DNA of 64,000 bases from Schmidtea polychroa (taxonomy: Eukaryota). Shown in pieces: positions 60,856-64,000 of the stretch. The notes below the pieces were generated by a model. That model was not told where the DNA came from, did no database searches, and was given only the letters and a program-made list of their open reading frames with translations. The DNA is taken from the NCBI GenBank assembly GCA_044892525.1, contig CM097885.1, positions 23,438,001 through 23,502,000 of the forward strand, read 5' to 3'. The translations under genes were made by a program, and so were the position numbers. Position 1 is the first letter of the stretch, and the number at the start of each line of letters is the position of its first letter.

Positions 60856-63672
60856 CTATAAACCATTAGATTCAAAGATGAACCGCAGTAATAATGAATA
60901 TTTATGGTCGGTACCTGTTCCAAATTATGGCCAGTTTAATTCTCCATCCACTACAATCAGTAAGATATTTTACGTATCTAATTTCTAGGTGTATAACAAT
61001 TACCGTTACTCATTATCCGTCAATTTGTATAAATTTCATATGCGTCGCAGTTTCATATCGCAGTATCGAATTAACGGCACTGATAACTTATACTGATTTG
61101 TTATAAAACCCAATACGTCAAAATTCCAAGACTAAACGCACCCGTTCAAATTAAACGATTTTGTATAATATTACAGCAGTTCTATCAATATTCTTTTCGG
61201 ATCACAAATTAGTAACTCAATTCAAAATGATACGTTCACATTTACTCATATAATCATTCATTGTTAGTAATAGAACAGGTTCGTTCCAAACTTAATTGGA
61301 TTCATTTTTGGTGCGTGCACAATTCAATTCTACGTCAAAATGTCAACAGACCGATTAAATTCATCAACAAATTATTATTTTTAAATCATTTTATACAGAA
61401 GTTGATCAAAGGTTTATATATAAAGGTAAAGTTAAATGACAACCCAAATATGAATTTTAATTTTAATTCCAAATTTATATTCTGATTTTTAGAGTAGCAT
61501 CATTTGACTTGAGTCAAAGATTTCTACAAGATGCCGATTAGAATCAAATAAAACCAAAACTAGTCTGACATTAGAAATTGTATTGGATATCGAAACACGC
61601 ATTAACCAACATTCCCATCCTTTGTCAGAAAAGTTACTATTTGGCACAAGAAAATAAACTCGTTGGAAAGGCTTCTCTAATAGGCTTAGGTACAGATTTC
61701 TCGAGTTACTAGTGTTTATTATTTCCCTTCGCAGGATGCATCCATAACTCATAGAATGTAGGGAAGATGGGATATTTATGATTTAATTTTAAATGTTATA
61801 TTGCACATTAGGCACAAGGCAGCTGGAGTAGTGTAACCTGTATTTGAGACTTCACAGTAATAATTATAACCAAATTTATAGTAATTATTAAAATATCCTC
61901 CACAAACCTAGATAAGTGTCCTGTTATTGGCCATTGCGAAGTTTTTAATATTAAAATTATTAATTCATTTAAATAATTTTTAATTAATATTCTTAGTCTA
62001 AAAAAACAAAAATAAATAAATGCATCACTGATCAAAAGTAGATTGGCTGTATATATAATTGGAAATGTCAACAACGGGCTTTCTGGTTTAGATTTTAGAT
62101 GAGAGCTCATTTATTTGGTGACATTAGGATTTTGTTGAATATTTTATTACATAAATTATCTAACCTTTGAGAATGTAGGGAAAGGAAAGTTTGACCTTGG
62201 TAGATCTACCCAAAGATCCTTTCAATTGAAATTTATATTAAAATCAGTTTTAACTTTGTTCAGATATTTTTTTATCCCAGCATTCTTCAATCCATCTACT
62301 ATGCACTAAAAATGTACGAAGAATACTGCCATTTTAGGGTTATGGAAAATTTTTAAAGGGAAAAATTTAACCAAAAAACTTTAGGTAATTAAAATTTTAA
62401 AATGATAACATTGCCCAGGAATATTTTTGTCATACAATGTTTTATTAACAACAGTTTGAGATAGTCAATTTAATTTAATAATAATTTAATTATAATCATC
62501 TTCCATAAAGTTCAAATGGGAAAGATGAAAAGTTCAGTTTGAATGTAATTAGTTATATTTTAAATTTAAAAAGTATAGTTTGTTTAGATGGTAATGAGTA
62601 GGAGAATAAAAAACAATATAATATTAATTAAAAATAATTAATTAAAATTAAATTAAGTATTTTATCATAAAAAATTAATTAGTAGGATTTTATAAATCAA
62701 TTTTTATTTCGTATTTGTGTTTCATTTTTATCAGTGAAATTTTTTATAATTCTTATCACCCTTGATCTGTCTTCTTTTTTTTCATTTTGACAAAAAATCA
62801 AAAACTTAATTCTACACAGCACAAATTTTCTAATTTAATGTAAAAGCAATATTAAGGCTGTAAGATTTGAGGGAAAATTCGATTTTCTATAATTGTGTAG
62901 AAAGAAAATAAAGATTAACTTCAAAATTTCACAAAACCAATAAATATTAAAAGTAATAGAAAATTTAAAAAAAAAACAGAAAAATCGTTCATAAAAAAAC
63001 AAAATTCTCTTATTCCATCCAGCGACCAGCCAAATAGATATGTAATATATGTGATCAGTGAGGGTTAGAATAGTCGAATATGGAAGCCAATAAAATCGTC
63101 GCCAAAGAAAAAAAGCTTTAATTGGTTAAAATCGTCGCCAATGTTGAAACCCGAAAAAATCGTCGAAAATGTAGTAAAAAAAATAGCCGACAATATTAAA
63201 TCCTAAAAAAATAGTTTTTCCTATGTGTTCCCGATGGAATTTTAAATTGAAACTTTGCAGAGAAGTAGTTCGTCACTTTTTCACTTAGATTCCGTTGAAA
63301 AATTTACGAAAAAATATATAGTTGCGGAGAATTCACTTAAAATTATCAAACAATATTGTTAATGAATATAATCTGATTTTATTTGACGTGTTGATGCGAT
63401 GACCTAAGCTATTCGCTGTAAAGTAATAAAAACATGCAAATATTATTTCAATTTGATGCGAAATAAATCGTTATAACTATATGTATATAGAATACAATAC
63501 CACCCGAGCAGAATTATTGAAGTATTTACAGGGGGTGTAAATTTAGCTTTTACCTGGGCGTCAAATAACCTACAGTTAAAGAAAATTCTTTTTCTACATC
63601 TTTTCGTTCCTGTTAAATAATCAATTGTGTAATAAAATTATAATTCTTTTTAACCATTTTGAATAGATAATG

Positions 63673-63780
<108 letters not shown>

Positions 63781-64000
63781 TATCATATATGATGCTATGA
63801 TAATTTTCAACATCATGCATTCCTTAATTCGTCTTTCGTTTTTACATCCGAATACGAAAGCGCGCAGGCTAGGATTCGTCAATAGTTATGTAAAAATCAA
63901 GAAGTGCTTGATTTTGATTGGTCGATTATTGTTTTGAACGGAATTTGATTTCCTGATATCTTGAATGTTTGAAATTTTTAAATTGTAAACAAATAAATTT

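Noticed and set aside
60012..61082. Possible hAT element with CAGTGCCGT termini
   Set aside because: Flanks CTAATACT and ATAACTTA do not form a TSD; may be unrelated ends.

Overview
Very AT-rich eukaryotic (invertebrate-like; flatworm-like is only an inference) genomic DNA with tiny 40-60 nt introns, some TE-expanded introns and abundant (TAA)n/(TA)n microsatellites. Host genes: an unidentified Q/N/S-rich gene (-) head-to-head with a complete 9-exon SMARCD/BAF60 gene (+), and the 3' part of a class I myosin (Myo1D/G-like, -). TEs: three long hAT elements (one intact, one with an in-frame loss of the first catalytic Asp, one degenerate), hAT and piggyBac MITEs, two non-autonomous Helitrons, and a dead Penelope-like retroelement with a minimal hammerhead ribozyme. 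The most unusual region is ~20.7-26.7 kb: an internally deleted Polinton/adintovirus-like element with ~400-bp inverted repeats, a packaging ATPase and a pPolB C-terminus. It also carries a frameshifted TATA-binding-protein-like gene that the ORF track misses, and a hairpin module whose loop occurs in both orientations at the centre of a fold-back amplification. Relatives of the hairpin and terminal sequence recur elsewhere in the window.
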